Origin: a virus
Lineage: Duplodnaviria; Heunggongvirae; Uroviricota; Caudoviricetes
Length of the DNA: 38,171 bases
Reading direction: 5' to 3' (one strand)
IMG/VR virus record: IMGVR_UViG_3300042275_000481
Span: 1 to 38,171 of that record
The notes beneath the pieces are model-generated. The model was not told where the DNA came from. It made no database searches and worked only from the letters and a program-made list of their open reading frames with translations. Positions 1-9,669 of the stretch are shown one piece after another. A program made the position numbers and the translations under genes. Position 1 is the first letter of the stretch, and every line of letters begins with the position of its first letter.

Positions 1-606
1 ATTTCGATCTTCTTCAATCATATCCGATAATACGTTCACAAACTGGTCGCTACTTAAACTTACATCTTGTTTACTGTCTTCAATACTCTCTTTAGCTGAT
101 TTAAGCTTTTTGTTAATACTGTTCAAAGAACCTTCAAACTTATTAATAAAGTTATCGAAATCTTCATAATTCTCAGTTTCCAAGTCAGCAAGCATTTCTT
201 GCAATACTGCACTGTCTTCACCAAGAACACTAAACTTCAATTGTTGTGTGATAAGTTTGTCGAGCATTTCTAATTCTTTAGGGTCAATATCAAGTTCAAA
301 CAGTGTATTTACAATCTCAACTGCTTCATTTTCATATTTACCACTAAAATCTATAAATGATAAAATAGCCTCTCTATTAGTAATATCTCTGTTAACAATC
401 GTGTTAGCTATCTTCTTTATAATATATACTCTGACTTCTTTTTCATAATCATTTTTATATGACTGCTCAATAAACATATCAAATAGTCGTTTCACATTTC
501 CTGCGAAAACTTTATTGTGACCATTGTTGAGCAATGCGACAATGGTTCTTTCTAATTGTGATATGTTAAATTTCATCGTGATTTTCTCTTTAAAATTCTG
601 CGCCAT
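1..606 (-). CDS. Partial CDS running off the window start; acidic helical protein, possibly the N-terminus of a jumbo-phage DnaB-like helicase
   Basis: Not in the ORF track. ATG at 606, then 202 open codons to position 1 (MAQNFKEKITMKFNISQLERTIVALL...). It follows the TAA of the upstream gene at 612. No helicase motifs are visible in this part, so the product is a guess. Confidence 0.5.
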   Translation of the reverse strand, partial: MAQNFKEKITMKFNISQLERTIVALLNNGHNKVFAGNVKRLFDMFIEQSYKNDYEKEVRVYIIKKIANTIVNRDITNREAILSFIDFSGKYENEAVEIVNTLFELDIDPKELEMLDKLITQQLKFSVLGEDSAVLQEMLADLETENYEDFDNFINKFEGSLNSINKKLKSAKESIEDSKQDVSLSSDQFVNVLSDMIEEDRN

Positions 607-611
607 AGTGT

Positions 612-1073
612 TTATGCCTCCTCAAGTATTTCTGGACAGTATATTACTAATCGTGGATCTCTGACTAATTGTCCATCAGACCACTCTAATTTTTCAAATA
701 ATACGACTACAAATTCTTCTGGATTTGCTTCTGTCATTGCATTTCTATTATCAATATGGGTGATGTCCTCTATGATACCACCTTTTTCGTCTAATAGATT
801 TACAAATTCGCTGACAGAGTATTCAATATCGCCGTAGTATGTGAATACGTTAAAGACTGAACCTGATGAGGGTTGGCCTAAATATACGTCAACTTCGTTG
901 ATAACTCTTAACTCTTCCCCTAATAATTCATAATCATCTTTAAAATATATATCTACATTTTCGATTGAATCGTTTTCTGCAAATACATCTTCAAGTGCAT
1001 TTTGAACTGCAATGGGTAGGTCAATGTCGCTTTCTTCGAAGAATTGTAATATTTGTTGGTGTTTATTTTCCAT
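612..1073 (-). CDS. Hypothetical acidic protein, 153 aa
   Basis: ORF with AGGAGG RBS upstream, TAA stop, in tandem with its neighbours. Confidence 0.8.
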   Translation of the reverse strand: MENKHQQILQFFEESDIDLPIAVQNALEDVFAENDSIENVDIYFKDDYELLGEELRVINEVDVYLGQPSSGSVFNVFTYYGDIEYSVSEFVNLLDEKGGIIEDITHIDNRNAMTEANPEEFVVVLFEKLEWSDGQLVRDPRLVIYCPEILEEA

Positions 1074-1095
1074 CGAGTATCGACCCTCCTTGTTG

Positions 1096-2223
1096 TTATT
1101 TTATTAATTCGTTGATGCGGTCAAGAGTCATAGTTTCTGAATATTCCTCTTTAATAAACTTCTGTATAGTTTTGTCCAGTGGAAGCTCACGTTTGAGAAT
1201 GTAACCATATGTATCATAGATAGCTGGTTCATTGTCTTCTTTGAGTGTAACTTTCTTTTTCTTCACTTCAACTTTTACATTGTCATTCTTTTTGAATAAA
1301 TCTTTGAAAATCTTAATCTTATCTTCACTTAGACCTGCTAAATCAATTTTAAGATTGTCTGTCTTCTCAATTTGTTCAGTAAGTTTTTCTTGAAGTTGTT
1401 CGATAGTTAAAGATTCTAAATCTTCACCTTTGAATAGCTTCTTAATACTTAGCGTTGTATATGCTGGCGCTTTTTCATTGTTAACATATTCAACTTTCCA
1501 TTCTTTAGTTTCAGTATCAATTTCATATACAACAAAACCTTTGTCAGAAGCATCGCCATATCCCCAAGCAGTATAACTACCTGAATAATATATGTTCTTA
1601 TGACTTTGTCTCTCGTGAATATGACCGAAGATAGCGAAACCATTTTTAAGAGCGCTTTCCCATTCTTCATACATAAATACTGGCGCTGAATGAGTGCTTG
1701 TCCCGACTTTTTCATATTCCATATTAGCGATAAATGATACAAAGTTCCAAGTACCATGTCCGTGCATACTACTATACGACTTAGTCTTGAATTCTTTATA
1801 ATATTCATCTGAGTTTTCTGGATATTCCTCAGGAACGTACAAAAAGTCTACGCCTTCAATTGTTTCTTCTTGTACAGTTGACATATATTTAATATCTAGG
1901 TCTGACCTCTCAAAATAGTGCTGAAACAGCGTTGTATATTGATTTAAATCATGTGACCTAGTACCAAGAATTATTCTTACTTTGATTTTCTTTTCAACAC
2001 AGATACTCATTAATTCATCAAAGAATGCAATTGCATAAGCAATAGCTGGTTCTGTAGCTGAAAGTTTTCTATCAAAGTAGTCTCCATTTAAATTTAGAAT
2101 ATGAACTTCATGAGTCCTTAAATATTCCAAAGCAAATGGTAATTCTTCATTATACATGCGTTCTGTATGTTTATGACCGAAGTGTAAGTCTTGTAACGTC
2201 ATGCCTTTTAATTTCATAAACAT
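1096..2223 (-). CDS. sbcD: SbcD/Mre11-like metallophosphoesterase nuclease
   Basis: Calcineurin-like motifs DLH, GDYFD, GTRSHD, HGH and FGHIH, plus a charged C-terminal extension. AGGAG RBS and an ATATATTATA motif lie upstream. Confidence 0.8.
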   Translation of the reverse strand: MFMKLKGMTLQDLHFGHKHTERMYNEELPFALEYLRTHEVHILNLNGDYFDRKLSATEPAIAYAIAFFDELMSICVEKKIKVRIILGTRSHDLNQYTTLFQHYFERSDLDIKYMSTVQEETIEGVDFLYVPEEYPENSDEYYKEFKTKSYSSMHGHGTWNFVSFIANMEYEKVGTSTHSAPVFMYEEWESALKNGFAIFGHIHERQSHKNIYYSGSYTAWGYGDASDKGFVVYEIDTETKEWKVEYVNNEKAPAYTTLSIKKLFKGEDLESLTIEQLQEKLTEQIEKTDNLKIDLAGLSEDKIKIFKDLFKKNDNVKVEVKKKKVTLKEDNEPAIYDTYGYILKRELPLDKTIQKFIKEEYSETMTLDRINELIK

Positions 2224-2230
2224 CTCTCCT

Positions 2231-2240
2231 TATAATATAT
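2231..2240 (-). promoter_or_regulatory. Putative early phage promoter ATATATTATA
   Basis: One of 5 exact intergenic copies (2231, 5303, 16032, 16619, 24805), each on the coding strand upstream of a non-structural gene. Confidence 0.6.
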
Positions 2241-2292
2241 AGTTCTAATTGTTTCGTTCATTTGAATTTTAATTTTTATTTTAAAAGAAAAT

Positions 2293-2314
2293 GAAAAGAA
2301 CCTAAGTTCTTTTC
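2293..2314 (-). terminator. Intrinsic terminator-like hairpin
   Basis: GAAAAGAAC-CTAA-GTTCTTTTC directly after the stop of 2315..2668. Confidence 0.6.
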
Positions 2315-2668
2315 TTATTCTTCACTGTTTTCTTCCCTTTTTTTAGCTTTTTCTAATAGGTCCATTCCATCATAATAAAAAGTGAGTAATAGTAACCGAA
2401 TATTCTCATTAGGAAAACTTTCGATTCCCTTGATTTCATCGTATAGAGTTTGTAGTCTCTTACTATTAGAAAATCTCCCTAGTACTTCTTGCATATGATG
2501 AAGACTATGTTTGAAAGCTTTTTCATGGATATCTCCATTACGTAAGTTCTCAGCAGTTATAACGTCTGCCCATTCTAAGATTTTGTTTAGAGCCATTGTA
2601 GTTCTTCTATTTGCTGTATCAACGAAAGAATCGACTCTCTTTTCTTGACTATTTTTATTTCTACGCAT
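2315..2668 (-). CDS. Hypothetical protein, 117 aa, probably late
   Basis: GGAGG RBS, late-type promoter motif at 2697..2712, terminator downstream. Confidence 0.8.
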   Translation of the reverse strand: MRRNKNSQEKRVDSFVDTANRRTTMALNKILEWADVITAENLRNGDIHEKAFKHSLHHMQEVLGRFSNSKRLQTLYDEIKGIESFPNENIRLLLLTFYYDGMDLLEKAKKREENSEE

Positions 2669-2696
2669 AATTCTACCTCCTCAGATTATAAACACT

Positions 2697-2712
2697 CATA
2701 TAATGATTTGTT
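2697..2712 (-). promoter_or_regulatory. Putative late promoter AACAA-N4-TTATATG
   Basis: Minus strand reads AACAAATCATTATATG; one of 7 exact intergenic copies. Confidence 0.75.
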
Positions 2713-2734
2713 CAACAATTTCTAAGGAAATATA

Positions 2735-3262
2735 TTATTTTAATTTTAAAAATAATCTAAATTCATCCGACAGGTTTTCTGTCACATAGTAGATATATAG
2801 TTCTCTAAATATAGATTTTGCATTGTCTGGAAACTTGGAACCTCCAAATTTTTCAATTGCTTTTATAAAGTCATCATAAAATTCTATTGCTATAGCTTCA
2901 ACAATATCAGTTTTATCATTTAAGACCATTAATCTTAGATTACTCATTATACCTTCTAATCCAACATAGACACTGTCACGAATTAAAGGTTTTGCAAAAA
3001 TCACATTAGGTGTCATTTCTTTAATTTTTTTAATTAGATCTACTGATAAATCTATTCCCCATAGAAATACATTTTCTATATATTCTATAAACATAACTTT
3101 AAATTGTGTAGATTCTAAAAGTTCTAATATTTGTTCACTTGTTAGATCACTTATTGGGTGATTTTTTCTCATATCTTCGTCATAGGCAACAAACATAAAT
3201 GACATATTTATAAATGGTGAATCCTTATTTTCTATTAAGAATTCTATATCTTTCTTATTCAT
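2735..3262 (-). CDS. Hypothetical protein, about 175 aa
   Basis: ORF 2735..3277. The likely start is MNKKDIE at 3262, coupled to the stop of the upstream gene. Confidence 0.75.
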   Translation of the reverse strand: MNKKDIEFLIENKDSPFINMSFMFVAYDEDMRKNHPISDLTSEQILELLESTQFKVMFIEYIENVFLWGIDLSVDLIKKIKEMTPNVIFAKPLIRDSVYVGLEGIMSNLRLMVLNDKTDIVEAIAIEFYDDFIKAIEKFGGSKFPDNAKSIFRELYIYYVTENLSDEFRLFLKLK

Positions 3263-3263
3263 T

Positions 3264-3461
3264 TTAGAGATCTCCAATTAATGAAGTAATCTCTGAATCT
3301 AATTTTGATATCTCTTCTAATTCTGAATTGACTTGTTTCAGGATCTTTTCTATTTCGTCATCTGGTAGAGTACTTAAATAATGATTGAGTATTGCTGCTT
3401 GTAATACTTCTTGTTTTTCAACAACTTCACTCTCATTAAATTTATCTAATTCTTTTCCCAT
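3264..3461 (-). CDS. Small acidic hypothetical protein, 65 aa
   Basis: AGGAG RBS upstream of the ATG at 3461 (MGKELDK...). Confidence 0.7.
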   Translation of the reverse strand: MGKELDKFNESEVVEKQEVLQAAILNHYLSTLPDDEIEKILKQVNSELEEISKLDSEITSLIGDL

Positions 3462-3488
3462 ATTATCTCTCCTAATCATAATAAAATA

Positions 3489-3508
3489 AAGGAACCCGAA
3501 GGTTCCTT
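3489..3508 (-). terminator. Intrinsic terminator with cUUCGg tetraloop
   Basis: Minus strand AAGGAACC-TTCG-GGTTCCTT followed by TATTTTATT, just after the permease stop. Confidence 0.85.
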
Positions 3509-3511
3509 CTA

Positions 3512-5154
3512 TTATCTTAACTCATATGTTTCTTTTGGAATTATTTGGTTTAAAACAATTCCTACAACTGCTGCAAGAGCCATTCCAGTCATACTGAAAG
3601 AACCAATGCTTAAAGCAGCTCCACCTAATCCAATAACTAACATTGTTGCTACAATAATAATGTTTCTAATTGAATATAAATCTACTTTATTTTTGATCAT
3701 AACTTTTACACCGTTACCAGCAATTAAACCGTATAGTACGATTGTCATACCACCGATAACTGGTTCTGGAATACTAGCAATAAATGCTTGTAGATATCCA
3801 AGGAATCCTAAGCCGATTGCAAATATTGCCGCTAATCCAATTACCCATACTGATCCAACTTTTGTTAAAGCTACAACTCCAGTGTTTTCTCCATCGTTTA
3901 TCTTCAGTTAAGGTCGTTAATCTTAACCCGGAACTTATCCAGCTGCATATTACTATGCAGACGAGACTATATCACAACCCTCATATGTAGGGTTCCTCCT
4001 ATTTCCACTCACTTGAGTGTACTCTCTTTCGAGATAGTCGTTGAACGTTTTCTATTTCTAGAACTTCGCTGCTGATTTTCCATTTAACCTAGTAAATGGA
4101 GGTCCCAGCAATTAAAGAGGTTATTCGATGTATATTTCTATACAAAGACGCGTATCCACGTTGTGTTAGCAGGTCCACCGATTGCTGCTGAAACAAATGT
4201 TGCTACACCATCACCAAGAATAGTTCTGTCTAAACCTGGGTCTGTAATGAAATCTTCTTCACAAATTTCTCCGATAACTGTTGTATCTCCTATATGCTCA
4301 GCTAATGTAACAAAGGCAATAGGTGCAAATGTTAATAATGCTGTGTAATTTAGAGTATAACTTCCCAGGAATGTAAACTTGGGAATTTCAAATAATGCCG
4401 ATTCTCCAAAAACATCTGGATATGGAATAAATCCAAGTGCAAATTCAACTGGCACTAGACCAAAAATCATTGCGCTTATGTAACCAATAAATATAGCTAA
4501 GATAAATGGTACAATTTTGAAGAAGCCTTTTGTGAATGTTGCAATTCCAACTACTGCTGCAAATGTAATAACAGCAACTAACGGAACTTTCCATCCTTCT
4601 CCCCCACTGAATCCTGAACTCGAGATAGCAACTGGCGCCAAACTCAAACCAATAATAATAATCATAGGTCCAATTACAACCGGTGGGAGTAATTTTTTGA
4701 TCCATCCACTACCTGTAAATCTAATAATCAACGCAATAATTGCATAAATTAGACCTACAACCATTAATCCTACATAGACAGATGAATAAGCATCCATATA
4801 ACTTATTACACCACTATCAATTGCTAGTTTCACTTGTGCCATCTGTTCTGGAATAGTACCAGTAGTATCAATAAGATGTGATCCTGCGGCTAACACACTT
4901 GCAATTGCACCTGCCTGTATTGCACCAATATAGGCAAAGCTTGAACCTAAATAAACTGGTACTTTCCCTCGTGTACTAATAATATAGATAAGTGTACCTA
5001 TACCTGATGCTACCAATGCAACTCCAATATCTAATCCTGTTAATAACGGGACAAGGATTGTTGCACCAAACATTGCAAAAACATGTTGCAAGCTTAATAA
5101 AAGCCATTGACCAACTGGTGGTCTTTCTTTGATTCCAATTCTTAAATTGCTCAT
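3512..5154 (-). CDS. uraA: Uracil permease (NCS2/NAT family, UraA/PyrP), spliced: exon 1 5154..4158, exon 2 3894..3512, 459 aa
   Basis: N-terminal LQHVFAMFGATILVP, then VPVYLGSSFAYI, EHIGD and GDG. Splicing restores GGPANTT-Y-GENTGVVALTKV, the NAT signature region. GAAAGGAG RBS precedes the ATG at 5154. Confidence 0.92.
3895..4157 (-). mobile_element. Group I intron (IA-like), 263 nt, no ORF, in the uracil permease gene
   Basis: The 5' exon ends in U (ACAACGT) and the intron ends in G (GATAAACG). Core elements: AATTGCTGGGA (P), AATCAGCAG (Q), GTTCAACGACTA (R), GATATAGTCT (S). Removal restores the frame and the conserved motif. Confidence 0.93.
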
Positions 5155-5209
5155 ATTTTCTCCTTTCAAATTTAAGTTTTTTAAAGCAATTAAATTTTTG
5201 TTTTTAAGG

Positions 5210-5269
5210 TTATGGCGCTTTAAACAATAAATTAAGGTAAGAATCAATTGTCTTATCCCAATTTTTCAT
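5210..5269 (-). CDS. Putative 19-aa leader ORF MKNWDKTIDSYLNLLFKAP
   Basis: Strong AAGGAG RBS at normal spacing, between the early promoter at 5303 and uraA. It is preceded by a 3-codon minigene MGK (5280..5291). Confidence 0.4.
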   Translation of the reverse strand: MKNWDKTIDSYLNLLFKAP

Positions 5270-5302
5270 TTTGTTCTCCTTATTTTCCCATATCCTCAAA
5301 CT

Positions 5303-5312
5303 TATAATATAT
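5303..5312 (-). promoter_or_regulatory. Putative early phage promoter ATATATTATA
   Basis: Exact copy of the motif, upstream of the leader ORF and uraA. Confidence 0.6.
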
Positions 5313-5336
5313 ATTTTATTAAAGATTTGAGAAATT

Positions 5337-5365
5337 AAAAACTAATACCAATGGTATTAGTTTTT
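5337..5365 (-). terminator. Intrinsic terminator hairpin
   Basis: AAAAACTAATACCA / TGGTATTAGTTTTT inverted repeat after the stop of 5365..6240. Confidence 0.75.
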
Positions 5366-6240
5366 TATACGTTTGTTTCAGAATCACTAGATAGATTTCT
5401 TGTATCTTTATTTATAATATGTAAATTGTTTAGTGTATTGTCAAAACCTGTATTGGCCATTTGGAAGTCATAATTTTCTCCATACCAGAAAGTTGCACCA
5501 GTACCATTATTCACTTCTATATATTGGATTGATTGAATTATATCTACATTGTTCATTAGATATTGTGGGTATGTGAAGATATAATTGTATTTGCCATTAT
5601 TTATAGATGTGAGTGTTCTTCTCATAGAGACAGGAATTCCTCTTAAAATCATATTTAAGGTTATATCCTGATTTGCATTTTCAACTTTTATATAACCAGA
5701 TATTCTAGTTCCAGAAATACCATCATAAGGAGAATAAATTCTTCCATTTACAGGGATTATCTGAGTATGTCTTCCTAACATGTGCATATTAGTTGCATAT
5801 ACTGTGTCATAAAGATTATCAACTAAATAATTCAACATATTTAATTTAGATGAGTACTCAGTCTCCATCCTCTCAATATTCTCTATTTGTTCTAGAATAT
5901 GAGGGTGTTCTGGAATATACTCCATTGTTGCGTCTTCAATAGATAATATATTTGTATATGATATAGATTCATTACGAAGACTATTTATTGTATCATACTC
6001 AGTTTGGTTATTTAATTCAGATACAGATTTTGTTTCACCTTCATAGTGGATACCAATAACTTTATTTATATCTAATCTAATTTGGAGAGTCTTATCTGGA
6101 GATATATCATTCAATGAACTCTGTTGGTCTAATGACGGCCATAATGGGTTCTCTATAAGAGTCGGGTGGACTTTATAATTTTGAGGGGTAAATAATTCAT
6201 TGTCCTCTGCTCGAAGAATAAGTTTAATGTTCTCAGCCAT
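5365..6240 (-). CDS. Hypothetical, probable virion protein, 291 aa
   Basis: Last gene of the operon that starts at the late promoter at 9601; Asn/Ile/Tyr-rich composition. Confidence 0.75.
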   Translation of the reverse strand: MAENIKLILRAEDNELFTPQNYKVHPTLIENPLWPSLDQQSSLNDISPDKTLQIRLDINKVIGIHYEGETKSVSELNNQTEYDTINSLRNESISYTNILSIEDATMEYIPEHPHILEQIENIERMETEYSSKLNMLNYLVDNLYDTVYATNMHMLGRHTQIIPVNGRIYSPYDGISGTRISGYIKVENANQDITLNMILRGIPVSMRRTLTSINNGKYNYIFTYPQYLMNNVDIIQSIQYIEVNNGTGATFWYGENYDFQMANTGFDNTLNNLHIINKDTRNLSSDSETNV

Positions 6241-6563
6241 TAGTTACCACCATCCTCATCAGGCATAGTAGGAATGTTTGCTAGAGCTGTTATATTTGCA
6301 GTTAAAGCAGTATAAGCATCATTTAATCTAGCATTCTCATCTTGAAGGAAATTATAGGAAAAATCATCATGAGATACAGAAAATATCTGGCCTTGACTGT
6401 CAACTGTCTTATATACAAATAGACCTTTTTCTGTCCCAGTTGTTTCACCTATAAATAACTCATTTTCTTCAGGTATATTAATATCATTTAATTCATATCT
6501 ATAAGGAGCGCCTGTAACTTCTAACACTTCAAATCTTCTTACTTTATTTAAAAATCTTTTCAT
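6240..6563 (-). CDS. Hypothetical, probable virion protein, 107 aa
   Basis: GGAGG RBS; TAATG stop/start overlap with the next gene. Confidence 0.75.
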   Translation of the reverse strand: MKRFLNKVRRFEVLEVTGAPYRYELNDINIPEENELFIGETTGTEKGLFVYKTVDSQGQIFSVSHDDFSYNFLQDENARLNDAYTALTANITALANIPTMPDEDGGN

Positions 6564-6574
6564 TACAGTCCCTC

Positions 6575-8509
6575 CTATCTAAATATATAGTAATTTATAG
6601 TGCTTGTGTTTCTTTTTATTTCGAATTTTATATTATCTTCTATGTTACCAAATGTATCAAAGAAGAATGGAATAGAAATATAAATGCCATTTGTTACAGT
6701 ACAATTATACTCTTTTTTGATTATACGATTTGTACTATCACGGTATATTATATCGAACTCATCAGATTCAGTTCCCTGGAGTACTATAAATAAGAATTGG
6801 CCAGCATCTATCAATGAAGCTGTATTATATTGTATATATTGTGGATTACTATTCAGGAATATACTCCTATAATTCTTTTTAAGTTGAGATATCTGTGCTT
6901 CTATCGATTGGACATCAGCGTCCTGCAAAAAAGTAGACACCTTCCCAGTTTGAAAATCAGTATAGTTTGATATGATAGAATTAAGATGTGCTGAGTAGAA
7001 CTCCGCAATTCCTTGAACTGATATATCTACGTCTCCGCCAGCAGAAGAATCTGTTATATATGGTTCATCATCATGCAAAACAAAATTCAATGCCGTATCG
7101 TAAAGGTAGACTTCTTGTACTGATATATCAGAAGAGGTCTCTCCATATGTATTAAAATATGGATCCGTTGAAATTTGATACTTATTAAAGTTGTCAAATG
7201 CAAGGGTTGATTCTATAATAGATGATGTATTAACAATACCAGATATATTTGTCGTCTCATTATCATTCCATTTAATATCTTCAATTATATATTCAGATAT
7301 CTCTGTGGGAGAGAATGATGCAGTATGATTATTATTTTTATATTTTCCGCCTTCAAATATAGTGACTATACTATTGGCAACATCAGGGTCTCACTTTGCA
7401 ATATATCTGTCATGTAACGCTCTTGTTATATTAAAGGTACCTGCAGATATTTTAAAATTCATAGTTTCTGTATTTAGCGGTCTTACATATATTTCATATA
7501 CATCAGTATTTTGAGCACTAGGTATAATTAATTTTTTGTTAGAGTCCAAATAAAAGTCGTGTCCATTTACTAATTTTGTTCCTTTTTGAGTAATTGGGTC
7601 TATTTTGAATACGTTTAAATTAGTTAGTCTTCTAAAGGTTGCAACTGAACTTGATAATGTTTCGTATGTAGTATAGTAATAATTGCTATAATTTTTTCTA
7701 TCTTGCATATAAATAGTATCAAAGTTCTTTAAATTGTCATTTATTATAATTTCAATATCATGGAATTTTTTATTCCAAGCACCATAGTTATTTTGTATAA
7801 AATCAAAATATGTTCCCTGCTCACTTACAAATTCTGAACCATCTTTCGAAACAAAGTTTACTCCTTCAATATTAAACATATAATCTGAGTTAGCAAGAAC
7901 ATAATAAGTAGTATCTTCCTTAACTAAGAAGTCAATAGTGTCTAAAGTATCAATCTGCAATTCAGACATTTTAAAATGAAACTTATTATTCATATTTGTA
8001 TCTCTTATTAGAGTTATAGGATTTCTTGATATTTTAGCAGTAGGTGTTCTCTTGAAATCTACAATTATATGAATATTTTGATGACTTAATGAATCTTTTT
8101 TTATAAGCATAAATGCTTCTTTGCTAGTATAGTTTCTAATTGTCGCTATCTTTTGCTCGGGTATTTTATAACCATCATTATCGAATATTTGAAATGTAAA
8201 ATCTGCTAAACCAGGAGACAAACTTTGGTGTCCATAATCTGGAATACGATAGATGTAATATGTATCTAATAGAGATTTTTTTGTTATACGAGCATATGTT
8301 TCTTTTTTAGCTTTTTGGTATATATCTGCAAAATCCGCTGGCACAACACCACCAAGTTCTCTTACTGTAATCAAAAAAGGGATAGACCCGTCTTTATAAG
8401 CGAGTTTATCCCTGTTTATTGTATTTACGTAGAACATTATTGAATGTGGTAGTTTACTAGCAGAATTTTCAGGGGTTTGATTATCTAAGATAATTCTTTT
8501 CTGCTTCAT
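6575..8509 (-). CDS. Probable virion structural protein, 644 aa, with one in-frame TGA (7391..7393) read as Trp
   Basis: ORFs 7391..8509 and 6575..7090 share a frame. The 100 codons between them contain no stop and no start codon (K-TGA-DPDVANSIVTIFEGG...DTA-LNFVL). Confidence 0.82.
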
Positions 8510-8526
8510 AGTTTACCCTCCTCTTC

Positions 8527-9564
8527 TTATCTTATTTCAGAGATTACTGCATTGTATAGTTTTGGCAGTCCATCTTTTTGAAGATCAGGTAGTCTATTGA
8601 ATAATCTAGTAGATCCCCCTAGAGTAGCTCCATGAAGTGTTGCAAATAGATAATGCAATAAATAAGGAGCATATTCGATAGCAAAGACTAGGCCTTCACC
8701 ATACATACTTAACCATGCAACTTCGAATTTTGAAACATCGATTGGTTCATTGAAGAACGCTTCACCGAATGATTTCAAGAATCCTGAAAGGCTATCGAAG
8801 TCGATATTTGATACTTCTTCATAATTCTTAAGTGCAGCTAAACTAGTTCTGTGTTTAAGAGCCTTGTAAGCAAAGTCATCAATTGTTGATGAATCTGGTT
8901 TATTAAGAACATATCTTAAGAAGAACTTAGCAATAAGGAATCGTGCAGCTGAATTGCTGAACTCGTCACCATAAGGGAATGCTCCTGGTGTCTTAATTGC
9001 TGCATTTGAGAATAAAGTTGTATAGATATTTGTAAGGTATTCTAATACTTTTCTATTAGAAAATACACTATCTGCTTTGTTGTCGTAAATCAGTCTATAA
9101 GAAATTATACCTGATTCTAATATAGCGTATAAATCTGTTGTAGCACTTACTTTTAGATATTCACTCTCGTCTTTTGACCAGTGTCCAATTCTGTGCATGT
9201 TCATTAAAGCTGCAGGAGAAGTTGGTGTCACTTGACTTTCTCCTTCCAGTTGTTTATTACGAACCTGACCAAATAGGAAAGGAATGAATGGTGGGATAGG
9301 AGAACGACCAGTAGATGTTGCGCCGAGATTGAATAATCTAATACGTCCATTAAATTGCTCAAATAAAGCGATAGCTTCTTTTAATAATGGATAGTATGAG
9401 CTCTTAGATTTAATTTTTAGCTGTGCTAATTCAGCCGCTAAATGGTCTGGAGTAATAATACCCACTCCTTGATTTAATTTCATATTAAGAGCATTCTTAA
9501 TTTCATTCTTCTGGCTTGAACTTAAATGCAAAGCATACATTTCAGTTTCATTTAGTTTTCTCAT
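8527..9564 (-). CDS. Hypothetical late protein, 345 aa, probable virion component
   Basis: First gene after the late promoter at 9601..9616; AGGAG RBS. Confidence 0.8.
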   Translation of the reverse strand: MRKLNETEMYALHLSSSQKNEIKNALNMKLNQGVGIITPDHLAAELAQLKIKSKSSYYPLLKEAIALFEQFNGRIRLFNLGATSTGRSPIPPFIPFLFGQVRNKQLEGESQVTPTSPAALMNMHRIGHWSKDESEYLKVSATTDLYAILESGIISYRLIYDNKADSVFSNRKVLEYLTNIYTTLFSNAAIKTPGAFPYGDEFSNSAARFLIAKFFLRYVLNKPDSSTIDDFAYKALKHRTSLAALKNYEEVSNIDFDSLSGFLKSFGEAFFNEPIDVSKFEVAWLSMYGEGLVFAIEYAPYLLHYLFATLHGATLGGSTRLFNRLPDLQKDGLPKLYNAVISEIR

Positions 9565-9600
9565 AATAACATCTCCTATCTGTGCAATTATTATTTATCT

Positions 9601-9616
9601 CATATAATTAATTGTT
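9601..9616 (-). promoter_or_regulatory. Putative late promoter AACAA-N4-TTATATG
   Basis: Minus strand AACAATTAATTATATG. Confidence 0.75.
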
Positions 9617-9646
9617 CAAAGTTTTGGGACTTTGAAGATATAAAAA

Positions 9647-9669
9647 AAGAAGATCGATTGATCTTCTTT
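9647..9669 (-). terminator. Intrinsic terminator
   Basis: AAGAAGATC-N4-GATCTTCTT with a T7 run on the minus strand. Confidence 0.75.

Noticed and set aside
1449-1808. Same-strand alternative-frame ORFs (1449..1808, 4445..4705, 17023..17280)
   Set aside because: They are fully nested in recognisable genes, with no RBS and no motifs.
4138-5247. ORF as called (369 aa, ending TWIRVFV) and the separate 78-aa ORF 3512..3748
   Set aside because: The true start is 5154 (RBS and family N-terminus), the C-terminal residues come from the intron, and 3512..3748 is part of exon 2.
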